DNA from: Eledone cirrhosa
Taxonomy: Eukaryota
NCBI GenBank assembly: GCA_964016885.1
Contig: OZ024744.1
Location: forward strand, 48,360,001-48,424,000
Reading direction: 5' to 3'
DNA length: 64,000 nt
Part shown: piece by piece, positions 25,599-38,736 of the stretch
Position numbering within the stretch: position 1 is the first letter of the stretch
How the letters are laid out: each line of letters begins with the position of its first letter
Notes under the pieces: model-generated
The model's input: the letters and a program-made list of their open reading frames with translations, nothing else
What the model was told of the DNA's origin: nothing
Databases searched by the model: none
Translations under genes and position numbers: made by a program

Positions 25599-28450
25599 AT
25601 CATCATCATCATCATCATCATCACCGTTTTACGTCCGTTCTTCCACGCTAGCATGGGTTAGATGGGTTGTCCTGTTGTGGGCAGTGTCTGGTCGGCTGAC
25701 CATGCCTTGCTCATACAGGAACTGATTTGGCTTGATTTCTACAGCTGGATGCCCTTCCTAACACCAACCTCATTTACAGTGAGTGCTGGGTGCTTTTTCG
25801 TGGTGCCTACACGTCCACTTTACAGTGTGGGCTGGGTGCTTTTTTGCCGTGGCACCTTCACGACCACTTTGCAGTGGGAGGGTGTGGGGGCATATTGTCT
25901 ATATGCTTCAGCTTCGTCTTGTACCCATGGGAGGTCGGGTACTCTGTATTACTGCGTGACGCCAGAGGTCACGGTCGTGTGTCATTGCCTTTGAGAGGTG
26001 TAATTGGGTAAGGTCGGCTTTTATCACCTCATCCCAGATCATCTTGGGTCTCCCACTCCGCGGTTTCCATCGACTTCTAGTGCTCTGCACCTTTTTATGC
26101 AGCTGTCATCCTTCATACACATCACATGTCCATACCAGCGCAACCGCCTCTCCTGCACACAGCATTTGATTCCTCTTATGCTCAGTCTCTCTCTCAATTC
26201 ATTTATGCTTTGTCGTTCACGTATATTACTGTTACACATCCATCGGAGCATGCAGGCTTCGTTTCTCTCTAATCTACTTAAGTCTTCCACCTTCAGCGCC
26301 CAGGTCTCACTACCATGCAACATCGCTGTTCGGATACACGCATCATACAGTCTGCCCTTCATTCTGAGGGAGAAGCCTTTTGCAGCTAGCAGTGGTAGTA
26401 GTTCCCTAAACTTCTTCCATCCCGTTCTTACCCTAGTTATTGTACTTTCTGAACACCCACCTCCGCTGCTAATTCGGTCACCTAGGTAGCAGAAGCTGTC
26501 TACTGTTTCTACAGAGCCCTCCCAAAGATTGGTGGTACTTGTTTCCTGTGGCTGTTTGCTGCTTGCTGTCCCAGCACAGCTGCTGCATGTGAAGCCTACA
26601 TTCTTAATTAAGCTTCCTGAGATCCCGCTATATCTCTTGTGTACCCACTGTTTGCATTTGGGGCAGAGAATGGAGTTCCTACCTACACCTTCCTACATAC
26701 TGAGCAAGGCCATTTCCCTGAGGGGATCTGGGTTCTGTTTTCTCGTCTACTTACAAGGACCTTAGTCTTTGTCATGTTGACTTTGAGACCCTTTCTTTCT
26801 AGACCCTGCTTCCAAGTTTGGAATTCCTTCTCTAGTTCTACCATAGATTCAGCTATAAGTGCGAGGTCATCAGCATACAGGAGTTCCCATGGGCATCCGG
26901 TTTTTAACTCCTCCATTATTGCCTGCAGGACTATGATGAACAGGAGGGGGCTAAGAACAGAGCCCTGGTGGACCCCAACCTGTATGCTAAATTCCTCTCT
27001 ATACTCATTGCTAATCCTAACTTTGCTGACTGCTCCCCTATACATGGCTTGTACCGCTTTCACAAGCCATTCATCTACTCCTAGTTTTCTAAGAGCCCAC
27101 CAGATTACAGCACGTGGAACTCCAGTCAAAGGCTTTCTCAAGGTCGACAAATGCCAAGTAGAGTGGCTTACTTTTAGCTAGGTACTTTTCCTGTAGCTGC
27201 CTCACAAGGAAGAGGGCATCAGTGGTGCCTCTTCCTGGTACAAACCCAAATTGCAACTCGTCTATTTTCACCCGGTCCCTAATCAACTGTGCTATAACTC
27301 TTTCTGTTACTTTCATGACCTGGTCCATCAGCTTTATACCTCTATAGTTTCCTCTATCTAGTGCATCACCTTTACCTTTGTAGCAGTTGACAATGATACT
27401 ACTGCACCAATCTTTTGGTATGACACCTTCTAGTATTACCTGGTTAACAATACGTGTGATTATAGTGTGACCTACAGACCCAGATGCCTTCAGCATCTCG
27501 GCAGCTATACCCGATGGACCGGTTGCCTTCCCCATCTTCGTATCTTTGATTGCCTTACTTACTACATTGCTGCTGACTTGTACTGCTGGCCCCTCTATAG
27601 AGTCTACTTGGGGTAGGGTTTCTTCTTCCCATGCATTCTCCTCATTTAGTAATCTATCATAATGACTCTTCCATGCATCTTTCTTCTCAGCACTTGTGAG
27701 GGCAAGCTCACCTTTATCATTCCGGATACACTTTTCTCCAATGACATCACAACTCTCTCTGACACACTGCTTCACAATCTTGAACACCTCCTGTTTCTGG
27801 TCCTCACATTGCAAAACATGCTTGAATTTTCTATCCTCTGCTTCCCTCCTAGCTAAGTATACTTGTCGACTAGCTTCCCTCTTGGTCTCTATGTAATGTA
27901 CCCTGCTCCCCCCGTTCTTCTATTCTTTCCATGCCTGTCTCTTGGCCTTAACTGCCTCATCTACCTTATTGTTCCACCACCAAGTCACTCTCCTCCTGCT
28001 TGAGGTCTTACTCCAGCCACAGACCTCATCCGTCGCCTCTAGTAAGTTATGTTTTAGGAACTCCCAGTTCTCTTCTACATTGAATGTCTCTATCTGTTCT
28101 TCTTTACTGTCGTAGGCGTTGAGTAAAATATCTTTAAATCTGTTACTGGTTGAGGGGTCTTTCAGCTTCCAGATCTTTCTTCTCCAGGTTGGCATCTGTT
28201 TCCAGGTTCGTCTAGTTCTGACTGTGAGGTCGCTGACAACTAAGCTATGTTGGGATGTACATTCCTCACTAGGGAAGGCTTTTGTGTTTACAACCGTCCA
28301 TCTGTCACGTCCTCTGATGAGGATAAAATCTATCTGACTAGAGTGCTCCCCTGATCTATAGGTGATCAGGTGGTTGTCGGGTTTTTTAAAGTTTGTGTTA
28401 CATATCGACATGTCATTAGCGGCGCAGAATTCTAGAAGTCTGAATCCTTG
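25599..28450 (-). mobile_element. RTE LINE family A, 2.85 kb (end of endonuclease to tail)
   Basis: ORFs 27920-28744 (SQIDFIL..SQH), 27089-27814, 26683-27150 (YADD) and 26039-26362. (CAT)n tail at 25599-25623. Confidence 0.96.
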
Positions 28451-28481
28451 TATACAAGTCTGAATCCATGTATACATTATA

Positions 28482-28513
<32 letters not shown>

Positions 28514-28520
28514 AATATAT

Positions 28521-28684
28521 AACAAAGGAATTATCGTAAGGAACCAGAAGGACCATAATGCACCAGAGTACTCAATACTTGGGGTAGTAGAGTTGGTAAT
28601 AGGAAAAGGTATGACCCCGATGGCAGAGCTCAGTCCAGAAATAGCTGTCGAAACGGCTTGAGCTCTGCCGTCGGGGTCATACTT

Positions 28685-28689
<5 letters not shown>
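28521..28689 (-). mobile_element. Fold-back element (family F1)
   Basis: F1 tail on the minus strand. Inverted arm AGTCCAGAAATAGCTGTCGAAACGGCTTGAGCTCTGCCGTCGGGGTC on the plus strand. Confidence 0.85.
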
Positions 28690-28732
<43 letters not shown>

Positions 28733-28744
28733 TATTTCCTTCAC

Positions 28745-28860
28745 ATGAAACAGTTCTAGTCCTGTAGAAGCTATTTCTATATTAAATTTGTTGTATATAC
28801 TCTACTAATATATTGAGTACCTTACTTACTGTGGTTACCCCCGATTGAATCTGGAACTCA
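28745..28860 (+). mobile_element. PLE terminal stub (family F2) beginning at the hammerhead GAAA
   Basis: ATGAAACAGTTCTAGTCCTGTAGAAGC...GAGTACCTTACTTACTGTGGTTACC. Confidence 0.8.
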
Positions 28861-30236
28861 TATATATATATATGTGTGTGTGTATATATATATATGTGTA
28901 GACATGATTTGATCTTGGCTTAAAATACCCACAGCAAGACTTGTATATGTTTCTCATACATAAACATACTTCTATATATGCCTCAATATAGGATTTTAAG
29001 ATTTTAATCTTAATGTAGAATGTCTTCCTGTATATTTTCCGATGTGCGGAGATTTTTCAATGATAAAAAGACATTAAATTAAGTAGAGGTGGGTCTGTTA
29101 TTATTAATGTGTGTTCATTCATTATGTAGTTTAAAACCACAAGGCAAAGAAATATATATTTTAGTAGTGGGTGTGTCTATGTTGTGTGGTGTGTGGTGGG
29201 TGTAGAATAAGATTTGCTTGAGTAAAAATGTGTGTATATATGGATGTAAGTAGGCATGTAGTATTAGTGATACACATATATATAACTATCTATATTTCAG
29301 ATGTTAGATGATGATGATGATAATACATCATCATTCTCATCGCCGTTTTTACAGCAATTTTTCCATGCTGGCATGGTTTGGACGGGACTTTTTGAGGTAA
29401 TGCTATACAACTGTTTGTGCTTCCTGACACCAGCCCATTTAGTCGCTTCTTATGATACACACATGGATATGATGTCTCTATTATAATTTGAAAAAGGAAA
29501 AGCAGATGTAAAATGCTGAAGATGATATATATACAGAGTGAGTGAGAGACAGTTAGAGTAGGTAAAAACCCAAATGCGATGCCTAGCAGTTTCAGCTTGT
29601 ACACACACACACACACATACACACATATATATACATATACAGATATACATATACATACAAGCAAACATACATATTTAAGAATAATCATGATCATTATGTT
29701 TAATGTATGTGCTACCTGATAGCAAAGGTTGGACATGTTGTCACAGCTTCTGACCTCCTGGTGGGATCAGTGCCCAAAGTATGAGAGAATTTTATCATGG
29801 CACCAACACTAGGGGAATTATCATCTCTTTGGCACAACTGAAGAATCTTTCTGACCCCTTGCTTGGCATATTTTCTATGACTGGATACCCTTCCTATCAC
29901 CAACCACCTTACAGCATGTAATGAGTGCAATTATCATGTAGAAAACCATCACTTTATAGGCTGTCATGCCTTTCACACAACTAAAGAGTCTTCCAACACC
30001 CCCACTTATTCCACACCCTGCTTATTCCAGCCCCACCACCCATTATTTGGGAGCCGAGAGAACATGAACTTTGACTGCACATCTCTGTGTTGTGTGAGTT
30101 TGTGTAAGTATCTGATGAGTTAACCAAACCAGAGTCATGAGACTATGCTACATAGACTGAAAGTAACTGAAAGTATCTTTGAGCTGTTCAACTGCAAAAC
30201 ATGTGTCACATGAGAATGCAATTAAAAATCTTTTAA

Positions 30237-30455
30237 CCCTTTAGTGTTCAAACCGGCCAAAACCGGCCCGAATTCTCTACCTCCTTCTGTTGAAACTGGC
30301 TGTAACCGGTCGCTCAAACTGATGTTAAGGTATTGTTCTCAAACTAAATACTTTCAAAATCTCATAGATTCGATATTATGTGAGATATTATGTGAGGTAA
30401 AGCCTTTACCATGAAAATATAATAGTAAATATAGAATAATGTGAATGCTAAAGGG
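30237..30455. mobile_element. piggyBac-type MITE
   Basis: TTAA|CCCTTTAGTGTTCA ... TGAATGCTAAAGGG|TTAA: 14-bp imperfect TIRs with TTAA target duplication. Confidence 0.85.
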
Positions 30456-30764
30456 TTAAACTGATATTTCACTCTCATTTTTTTATACTCTGCTGATACA
30501 TATCAAGGGTGTGTAGGAGAGTAGATTATCATTGTTAGACATCTACCCAGAGTCTCATTCTCTGAGACTAAGCTGGAAACCATGTCTAGTTCATACACTG
30601 GATGCCCTTCTTAAACCTCATCAAGCATTTTGTTGTTGTAAAAGGCGGGGCATGTCTGGCCTTCCACATTGGCATGGGTTGGATGGTGGGGCATCCATCT
30701 TTTGTAGATTGGTATGTATGTGTGTGTGTGTGTGTGTGTGCGTGTGTGCACGCATGTGTGTATG

Positions 30765-31440
30765 TGCATCATCACTATCATCATTTTATGACAATTTTTC
30801 CAGGCTTGCATGGGTTGGATAGGTTTTTTCTAGCATAGCTCCACTCCACTTCATCCTCTCTGTAAGAGTTAGAGATTTGGGAATAGCTTTCACCACTTTC
30901 TCTCAGGTCTTTCTTGGTCTTCCTCTACTTGTGACTACCTTCTACTGGGATTTCCTGGAACTTCTTCTCCCAGTGATCAACATCCATATGCATCACATGT
31001 CCATACCAGTTCAGTCATCCCTACTGCACACTACATCTGATTCTTTTTCTACCCAGTTTTTCTTTCATTTCGCCCATACTTCGTTGTTCTTGCACATTAA
31101 CATTATACATCCATCAAGGCATACTTATTTCATTTCTCTCCAGCCTTTGTATACCATCTGCAGCTACTGCTCATGTCTCACTACCATGTAGCATCACACA
31201 CAGGCATTTTACAGTTGGCCTTCTATTAAGAGAGAGAAGCCTGATGATTGTCAAGAGAAGTCTTGAACCTTCTCCATCCCATTCTTATTCAGGCTACTAT
31301 GCTCTCAGAGCAATCTCCTTTACTGCTAATTCGGTTACCTACATAGCAGAATCTATCAGCTACTTCTATGGATCCTTTCTGGGATTTCACTAATGCTATT
31401 ACTACCAACTATCCTTGTACATCTGATACATACAAAGTCT
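30765..31440 (-). mobile_element. Degenerate RTE LINE 3' fragment
   Basis: Reverse complement of FCYVGNRIS, MLHGSET, WYGHVM and GRPRKT. CAT-rich tail. Confidence 0.85.
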
Positions 31441-31455
31441 ACCTAATACATTTTG

Positions 31456-31488
<33 letters not shown>

Positions 31489-31492
<4 letters not shown>

Positions 31493-31629
31493 CAGATATA
31501 GTAGTCGAAACGGCTTGAGCTCTGCTGTTGGGGTTCTGACTCTTTTCCTATTACCCACTCTACTACCCAAAGTATCAAGTACTCTGGTGCATTATGGTCC
31601 ACCTGGTTCCTTACCTCACTTCCTTCGTT
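31489..31629 (+). mobile_element. Family F1 element without the inverted arm
   Basis: TCCAGATATAGTAGTCGAAACGGCTTGAGCTCTGCTGTTGGGG followed by the F1 tail. Confidence 0.82.
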
Positions 31630-31656
31630 ATATAATTTTTTTTTTTTTTTGTGTGG

Positions 31657-31935
31657 GGACATAGAAATAATCAGGCTGGAAACCCAATCGCACAGTTAAA
31701 CCACTGGGAGTGAAGGACCGCTAGCCATTGTCAGAGCATTCTTCTAGGAGAAGGCATCTCAGGAAACTGGGTTAACTCCGACATAAAACCTGCGGCTCAG
31801 TAGTTACCGATGATGTTGATCTTTTCTTCTTTTCAGGTTATAGTTACTGTCGCTCAGAGAATGGGATTGGCTCAGTGCACAGTCTTTCCTCACTTTAAAA
31901 ATATTCTTCACGCACAGGCATTGTACGATAGCATT
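31657..31935 (+). repeat. Repeat homologous to 16780-16950 (probably RTE 5'UTR-type)
   Basis: Colinear similarity with the 16.8-kb region. Confidence 0.5.
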
Positions 31936-32005
31936 AATTAATAATTATTAATAGTTAAGAATTATTAATAGTGCTATTATTATTATTATTATTATTATTA
32001 TTACA

Positions 32006-32196
32006 GAGAGGGCGGTGGATTGGCAGTATCGGTAGAGGGTCGGACGCCATGCTTTCCAGCGTGTTACGTCCCTTTACGAACTGAGTTCAAATCCCGCCGA
32101 GGTTGACTTTGCCTTTCATCCTTACGGGGTCGATAAAATAAAGTACCAGTAATGCACTGGGTAATTGCTGGCCTTGTGCCTAAAGTAGAAACAATT
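32006..32196 (+). mobile_element. tRNA-derived SINE family S1
   Basis: GGCGGTGGATTGGCAGTATCGG..GAGTTCAAATCCCGCCGAGG..GCCTTTCATCCTTACGGGGTCGATAAAAT; flanked by (TTA)n. Confidence 0.93.
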
Positions 32197-32215
32197 ATTA
32201 TTATTATTATTGTTA

Positions 32216-35200
32216 TGACCATGCTGTAAAATGGAGGGGTAGAGATGGCCCATTAGTCCAGTAAGACATCCTCTCTAGTGCTGGTGGCACGAATAAAAGC
32301 ACCCAGTCCATGCTGTAAAGTGGCACTGGTGTTAGAAAGGGCATCCAACCAGTGTATCAATGCCAAAACAATTATGAGCACAACAACAAATATATATCTC
32401 AATAACTGCATAAACAGCAATAACACTAACCATGTTAGGGCTGCGCACGGTAGTGGGGTGGCCGGTGCGGCCATGTGCGAAAACCCTCCGACCGTCTTCA
32501 AGCAATCACACTACAGGGAAAGGAACAAGAATATGAAGACGTCTCATCTCAGTGTTGCAGCACTTAATGTTGGCACTCTAACAGGTAGATCTGGTGAAAT
32601 AGCAGAGATGCTGGAGAGAAGGCATCTGGATGTGTGTTGCGTGCAAGAGATGAGATGGAGAGGTGCCTCTGCGAGACTAATCACAGGCAAACATCTTAGT
32701 TATAAACGTTTCTGGGTAGGTAAGGATGATGGGTTAGGTGGGGTGGGCATTTTACTGGCTGAGAGATGGATCAATAAGACAATAGAGGTAGTTTGAGTTA
32801 ATATTAGAATAATTAAGCTTAGATTAGTTGTAGGCAAGAGACTGCTGACAATCATCTCTACCTATGCTCCCCAAGCAGGCCTAGCTAAAAAAAAGAAAGA
32901 CTACTTTTATGAGCAACTTTTACAAACAACCTCAATGACAGAGGACAGAGACATCGTTATGCTAGCAGGAGACTTCAATTGACATGTTGGACAGCTCCAG
33001 GATGGTTATACTGGGGTACATGGTGGGCATGCTTACGGCTCAAGAAATGAAGAAGGAGTGAGACTTCTTGAATTTTGTGATGCAAGTGCACTAACCATTT
33101 GCAACACTAACTTCCAGAAACCTACCAATCACCTAATAACCTACAAATCAGGCGAGCACATAAGCCAGATTGACTTCTTACTAATTAGGCAGCGGGACAG
33201 GCAGATGGTGTCAAATACCAAGGCATACCCTGGGGAAGAATGTACCACACAGCATAGGTTAGTCGTTAGTGATATCTCAGTAAGCAAGAGACGGAATGAG
33301 ACATACAAGTGTGGAGAAGAAAGGTCTGGAAGCTAAAAGACCTTTCATTAAAATGCAAATTTAGGAAAGCCCTTCAAGATGTGTATGATGAAAAAGAAGA
33401 CGATTTAGAGTCGCATAACATAGATAATAACTGGAATTTCTTACGTGACAATTTACTGCAGGCTACTGATGAAACCTGTGGCTGGAGCAGAGCTCCAACC
33501 AGACAGAGAGTGACCTGGTGGTGGAACAGCACGGTAGATAGGGCCATTAGAGACAAAAGACTAGCATGGAAGGCTTGGAAAAAGAGTGGGAGTAGGGAAG
33601 GATATAAAACCGCTAAGATCGAAGCTAGACGTCAGGTGTATTTAGTACGTAAGGAGGCTGAGAGTAGGAGGTTTGCCAATGTTCTGCGACGGAAAGATAA
33701 ATATGTCCGGAATGATGCTGGTGTACTTAGTGTCACGAATGATCAGAAACTGGAGGCCTGGAAATGCCATTATGAGAGACTGATGAATGTGGAGAACGAA
33801 TGGGAGAGAGAGAAATTACCATCAGTAGATCCAACAGAGGGACCAGCTATTGAGACTGACGAATATAGGGTCCAAGAGGCGATTAAGGAAATGAAAAATG
33901 GTAAGGCCGCTGGACCGTCGGGGCTAGTTGCTGAAATGCTGAAGGCATCAGGGGACGTAGGCACTAAACTGGTTGAACCCATCATCAATCAAACTATATA
34001 TGGTGGTGTCATACCCAAAGACTGGTGCAGCAGTATTCTCATAAATTGCTACAAAGGTAAAGGGGATGCTCTGGAGAGGAGCAATTATAGGGGTATAAAA
34101 CTAAGGGATCAGGTTATGAAAGTGGCAGAAAGGATATTAGCACAAGTAATTAGAGAAATGGTCAAACTAGATGAGATGCAGTTTGGTTTTGTGCCTGGGA
34201 AAAGTACAACAAATGCCCTCTTCTTGGTGAGACAACTACAAGAGAGGTTCTTAGAGAAGAATAAGCCACTATACTTAGCTTTTGTTGACCTAGAGAAGGC
34301 TTTTGATAGGGTACCCCAATATGTCATCTGGTGGTCCCAAAGGAAACTAGGTGTTGAGGAATGGCTTGTGAGGACAGTGCAAAATTTGTACAGAGGTGCT
34401 GTCAGTAAAGTGAGGGTAGGAATGGAGTTTAGTGAGGAATTCCAGATACAAGTAGGAGTACATCAGGGTTCGGTCATCAGCCCGCTCTTGTTCATTATAG
34501 TCCGCCAAGCCATAACAGAGGAGTTTAAGCTAGAGAATAAATTCTGGCTATGGAAACAGCAGTTGGAATCAAGAGGACTGAGCGTGAACCTAGCTAAGAC
34601 AAAAGTGTTGATGAGTAGAAAAGAGAAAGGACAAAACTCTGATTCCGTCGGGGAAATAGCCATGTTCGATATGCAGAAAAGGAACTGGCATAAATCTATA
34701 GAATACACACAATGCAGATCTTGGGTATACAAGAGATGTAGTGGGATAGCAGGCAAACTAACAGGTAGGGAGAAATACATATGCAGTAGATGTACAGGGA
34801 AATTAGACAGTAGAAGTCGCATTGATAGACACATTTTCAAATGCAGGTGTGTGCTATTGAGGGGGTTGATAGCTTCCAGTACCTAGGGAATCAGATTAGC
34901 ATGGGAGAGGGGTGTTCTGAGGCGATAGGATCTAGAATAAGGACGGGTTGTAAGAAGTTTAGGGAGCTGCTTCCTCTGCTGACGAAGAAGGGTTTCTCCC
35001 TGCATACGAAAGGCTGGTTATATGATGTCTGTGTGAGGAGTGCGATGCTGCATGGTAGTGTGACATGGGCAGCAACTGCAGAGGATATGTGATGGCTGGA
35101 GAGAAATGAGGCAAACATGCTCCGTTGGATGTGCAATGTCAATGTGCGTGAATAACCGAGCATGGATGTGTTGAGAGAGAAACTGTCTGAGAGGGATAGA

Positions 35201-35479
35201 TTGTAGTGTGCGAGAGAGGAGACTGTGATGGTATTGACATGTGATTTGCATGGAGGATGACCGATGGGTGAAAAAGTGCCAGGAAATGCCAGTTGAAGGA
35301 AGACATGGTAGAGGTAGACCACAAAAAACATGGGCGGAGCTGGTGAGAGCAGACCTCAGATCGCTGAAGCTCACAGTGGAGATGACAAAGGACCGTGACA
35401 AGTGGAGAGATGCTGTGCTGAATAGGACCCATCCAACCCTTGCAGGCAGGGAAAAGCGGACGTAAAATGATGATGATGA

Positions 35480-35483
<4 letters not shown>
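32216..35483 (+). mobile_element. Near full-length RTE LINE (family B): 5'UTR, APE endonuclease, RT, (GAT)n tail; inactive
   Basis: NVGTL..DVCCVQEMRW (EN), AGDFN, QIDF..TQHRLV, ORF 33309-34886 with RT motifs. Stops and frameshifts; YADD deleted. Confidence 0.96.
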
Positions 35484-35543
<60 letters not shown>

Positions 35544-35546
<3 letters not shown>

Positions 35547-35838
35547 TAGTAAATAGAAGTTTTCGCCATATTTTGACTAAATAAAGTTTGCCTGAGATAG
35601 TGGGGTTTAAAACCCTCTAAATAGAAAAGGATGAGTATTGGTGTACATAGGAGTCAAACCCATATCTCTGATTATCCAGACCACTGCGTTACCATTACAC
35701 CAATACATCACCCATCCCTTTTCCATTCAAATCAGGAGCTATATACTTATCCTTTTCTATTTTAAAGGGTTTTCAACCCCACTATCTCATGCTAACTTTA
35801 TTTAGTCAAAATATGGGAAAATCTTCTATTTACTAATT
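35544..35838. repeat. ~95-bp inverted repeat enclosing a tRNA-like sequence
   Basis: Arms 35544-35638 and 35743-35838. Confidence 0.88.
35639..35709 (-). pseudogene. tRNA-like cloverleaf (repeat-borne; not called a functional tRNA)
   Basis: Minus strand: gatgtat tg gtgt-aatggta-acgc a gtggt-ctggata-atcag agat atggg-tttgact-cctat gtacacc a. Confidence 0.65.
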
Positions 35839-36048
35839 TCAAACTCTGCTCACCATCTTCAAAACAAACGCTTGCTTTGTTACATATATATCAATTAAAG
35901 GTTAATTAGTCTATAATACTTAACCATATCAATGAAAGAAATCTCTTAGAGATGCAATATTATATCATCATAGATTAGCATCCATTTTCCACGCTAAATG
36001 AGAAAAAACTCTGGGAGTAATAAACAAGTTAGACAAAAAAAATTCTAT

Positions 36049-36661
36049 CTAACCTCACTTATATACTTATATATAGATCTACTTACCATGGTTTTGTATG
36101 GGAAAGAATTATTATTTGAACCACCAATAATTGAAGAATCTGCCATATTCTCCAGGAGAGTTTAATTATTCAAGAGCTAAGAGAAATGGAACAAGATATA
36201 ATACATACTGTTTCCAAAGCCAAGGCAGCATGGTGAAATAATAGCTTGTGTAGTGTTACGTTCTCAAATCTCTAAGGTATTATAACTACTTGACAGGCTT
36301 ATAATGTCATTAGAAATAGCAGCCTAAAGACCGTCTGGTACAGCTTGACAAATAAAGGAGCACTTTAATATTAATTAAATGTTAATTATTCTCTAGTACT
36401 TAAACATCTCAATGAAAGAAATCTCTCAGAGAAGCAATATTATATATTAAAATTAAATGAGAAAAAACTCTAATTATGGGAGTATCACCATGCTGCCTCA
36501 GCTTCAGAAACTCTATGTATTATATCTTGTTTCATTTTTCTTTTACTTGAAGAATTAAAACCCCTTGAAGAGTATGGTGGATTCTTCAATTATTGGTGGT
36601 TCCAATAATAATTCTACCCCATACGAAACCATCGTAGGGAGATTTATATAGAAGTGAAGTT
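36049..36661. repeat. ~185-bp diverged inverted repeat
   Basis: Arms 36049-36236 and 36484-36661 (e.g. ACCACCAATAATTGAAGAATC / GATTCTTCAATTATTGGTGGT). Confidence 0.85.
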
Positions 36662-36722
36662 AGAATACTTTTTTGTCAATCTTGTTTATACTTCATCGAG
36701 GGTAACAGGATTTAGTCTGCAA

Positions 36723-36817
36723 GTGTCGCTGGTTCCAGATGTGTTGCTGGTTCCAGATGTGTCACTGGTTCCAGATGTGTCGCTGGTTCCAGATGTGTCA
36801 CTGGTTGCAGATGTGTC
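36723..36817. repeat. 18-bp minisatellite, 5 copies
   Basis: Unit GTGTCGCTGGTTCCAGAT. Confidence 0.92.
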
Positions 36818-36829
36818 TGCCGTGATGAT

Positions 36830-38413
36830 GAAACAGGGATCAATAGGGACAGGTGGGTGATAAAGAAGGCTGATGTACTCCTTTCAGCATTCAAGGCAGG
36901 TCGTTTCTGTGGCGATAACATTGCCATTGGGATCCTTCACCAGGGTTGTCTTGATCTAGGGACTGGCACGTGCTCAGTGTTGAACACCAGGCTGAGGTTG
37001 TTATTCCTTGCCACTACCTCCAGGTATTCTGCTTCTCCCACACATATCTTCTCTTGTTCATCTGTGATGGCCATGTTGCGCATCCAGTTGTGCCGGTGGT
37101 ACACATTGATGTCGCCATGCATGTGAGCCTTATAGTGACTGTTAATTATCTCCAGCATCTGCAGCGAAATCCAGGCTCATTTGGGAAGAGGCCTTGAGTT
37201 TATCAGTATGTCACATGCAGATTGTTTAATGTTTGATTTGAAGATCTCAGTTGTAGGTGTTGTCTTCAGTCAGGATGATGGCAATGAAACATGCAAATAT
37301 AATGGCAATGTTAGGATCATGGAGACAGGATGAATTAAGGCATGTCTGGTACTTAGTGGTAGGGTCCACCTGCAACCTCAGCTTCAGTGTCACAGCTAAC
37401 AATTGAGGGTTGGTATGGTCAAGTTAAGCTCATTTGTAAACTCAGCAGCTGGCGACAACCTCCAGTAGCAGGACATGATGATGTGGTTGATCACCTTCTG
37501 GGTGTAGTCATCCAGACGGTACTAAGTCCACTGATGGATGAGTTTGTAGTGGAACCAGGTGTTGGGGATACAGAGATTATTGTAGTGGCACAAGAGCAGC
37601 AAGTAATTACCATTGTCATTTGTTGATGAATCAGTGAATGTTGTGCCAATGGGTTGAATCAGCAATGGTTTGATAGGAGGGAACCAGGCAGAAGAGGAGT
37701 TGGTAGCATTGGTGTCCATCATGAGGTGAGAGTTGTCCTAACACTTGTTGGAAACAGTCATAGTAGTCAACCTTGTCCTCTGCGACATCTGTAGTGACAT
37801 AGACAACAATAATAGTCATTTTCCCATGCCAGTGGAGAAACCGGGCAAACAGCAAATGGCAGCTCACCGGATTCTAACTGATGAATGACTTGCCCATGTG
37901 TTTGGGCATGGTCGGTGCCATAACGCAGAGGCACATCCAGTCTTCAGGATCACTCCAGATGAATCAGTGGTCTCCAGCAATAGACTGATGTCAGTCCAGC
38001 ATGTCTTGCAGAGTCCCACCAGTGAGATGTTGTTGTATAGCTCCCAGAACACCAGTTTGGCTGCCCCAGGGCAAAGGAATGGCAGGATATTCCATGCAAC
38101 AAAATGAATTTTGTAATGAGTCAATTGGTGGGGGACATGCAGGGGTCTGTTCTGATGATAGACAGTCTGGTTTTGTAACAGGTTGATGGTTTTTCTGGGT
38201 GGGTTGTTGGCCCTCCGCAGAATAGTCAGAAGATGGGGTTTCCATCATGGCAGCAAGCTGATGAACCACAGGTCACCATTGGTCTGGAACCTCCCCAACG
38301 GACCGGCCCGCCTTGGATGGCCATACCAGGAGCAAAGCTCCAGATGGTAATGCTCTCTCAGATTTACAGAACACACAAGCCCCCTCACCACAACAAGGCC
38401 AGACCCAGGAGGG
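36830..38413 (-). mobile_element. Old RTE-like LINE, 5' portion (5'UTR plus APE endonuclease), distinct family
   Basis: FVAWNI...EL...I.LVGL..T.W, TIIVVY.TT and N.NG..LL..C..NNL.I.NTWF remnants. 5' end GGCCTTGTTGTGGTGAGGGGCTTG. Confidence 0.75.
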
Positions 38414-38429
38414 GTATATATATACAGAC

Positions 38430-38662
38430 TTACCGCAAAGTAGCTAACTGAACAAATATGTGCTTTCTTTCCCACCCCAATTTTTTTTTTCTGTTTCTTC
38501 TTTTACTCACTCTAGTCTATCTTTCTATTGCTTTTTTTTTATTTTTCATTCTCTCTTTCTATGAAGGACTGACGTCCAAAATGTTAAGACTCTTTTTCTA
38601 CTATATCAAGCATTAAACTGATATATATCTTCATTGTACTATATTGATTTGCTTTGTTGTTT
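38430..38662 (+). mobile_element. Neptune-type PLE 3' terminal repeat with decayed hammerhead
   Basis: TTCTATGAAGGACTGACGTCCAAAATGTTAAGAC...; homologous to the reverse complement of 20103-20260. Confidence 0.8.
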
Positions 38663-38673
38663 ATATATATATA

Positions 38674-38736
<63 letters not shown>

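Noticed and set aside
30105-30190. CTGATGA gtta...taac t GAAA hammerhead candidate
   Set aside because: No helix I complementarity and no second copy.
36654-36927. ORFs with VPDVSL / THLEP repeats
   Set aside because: Product of an 18-bp minisatellite next to a decayed LINE; no splice or domain support.
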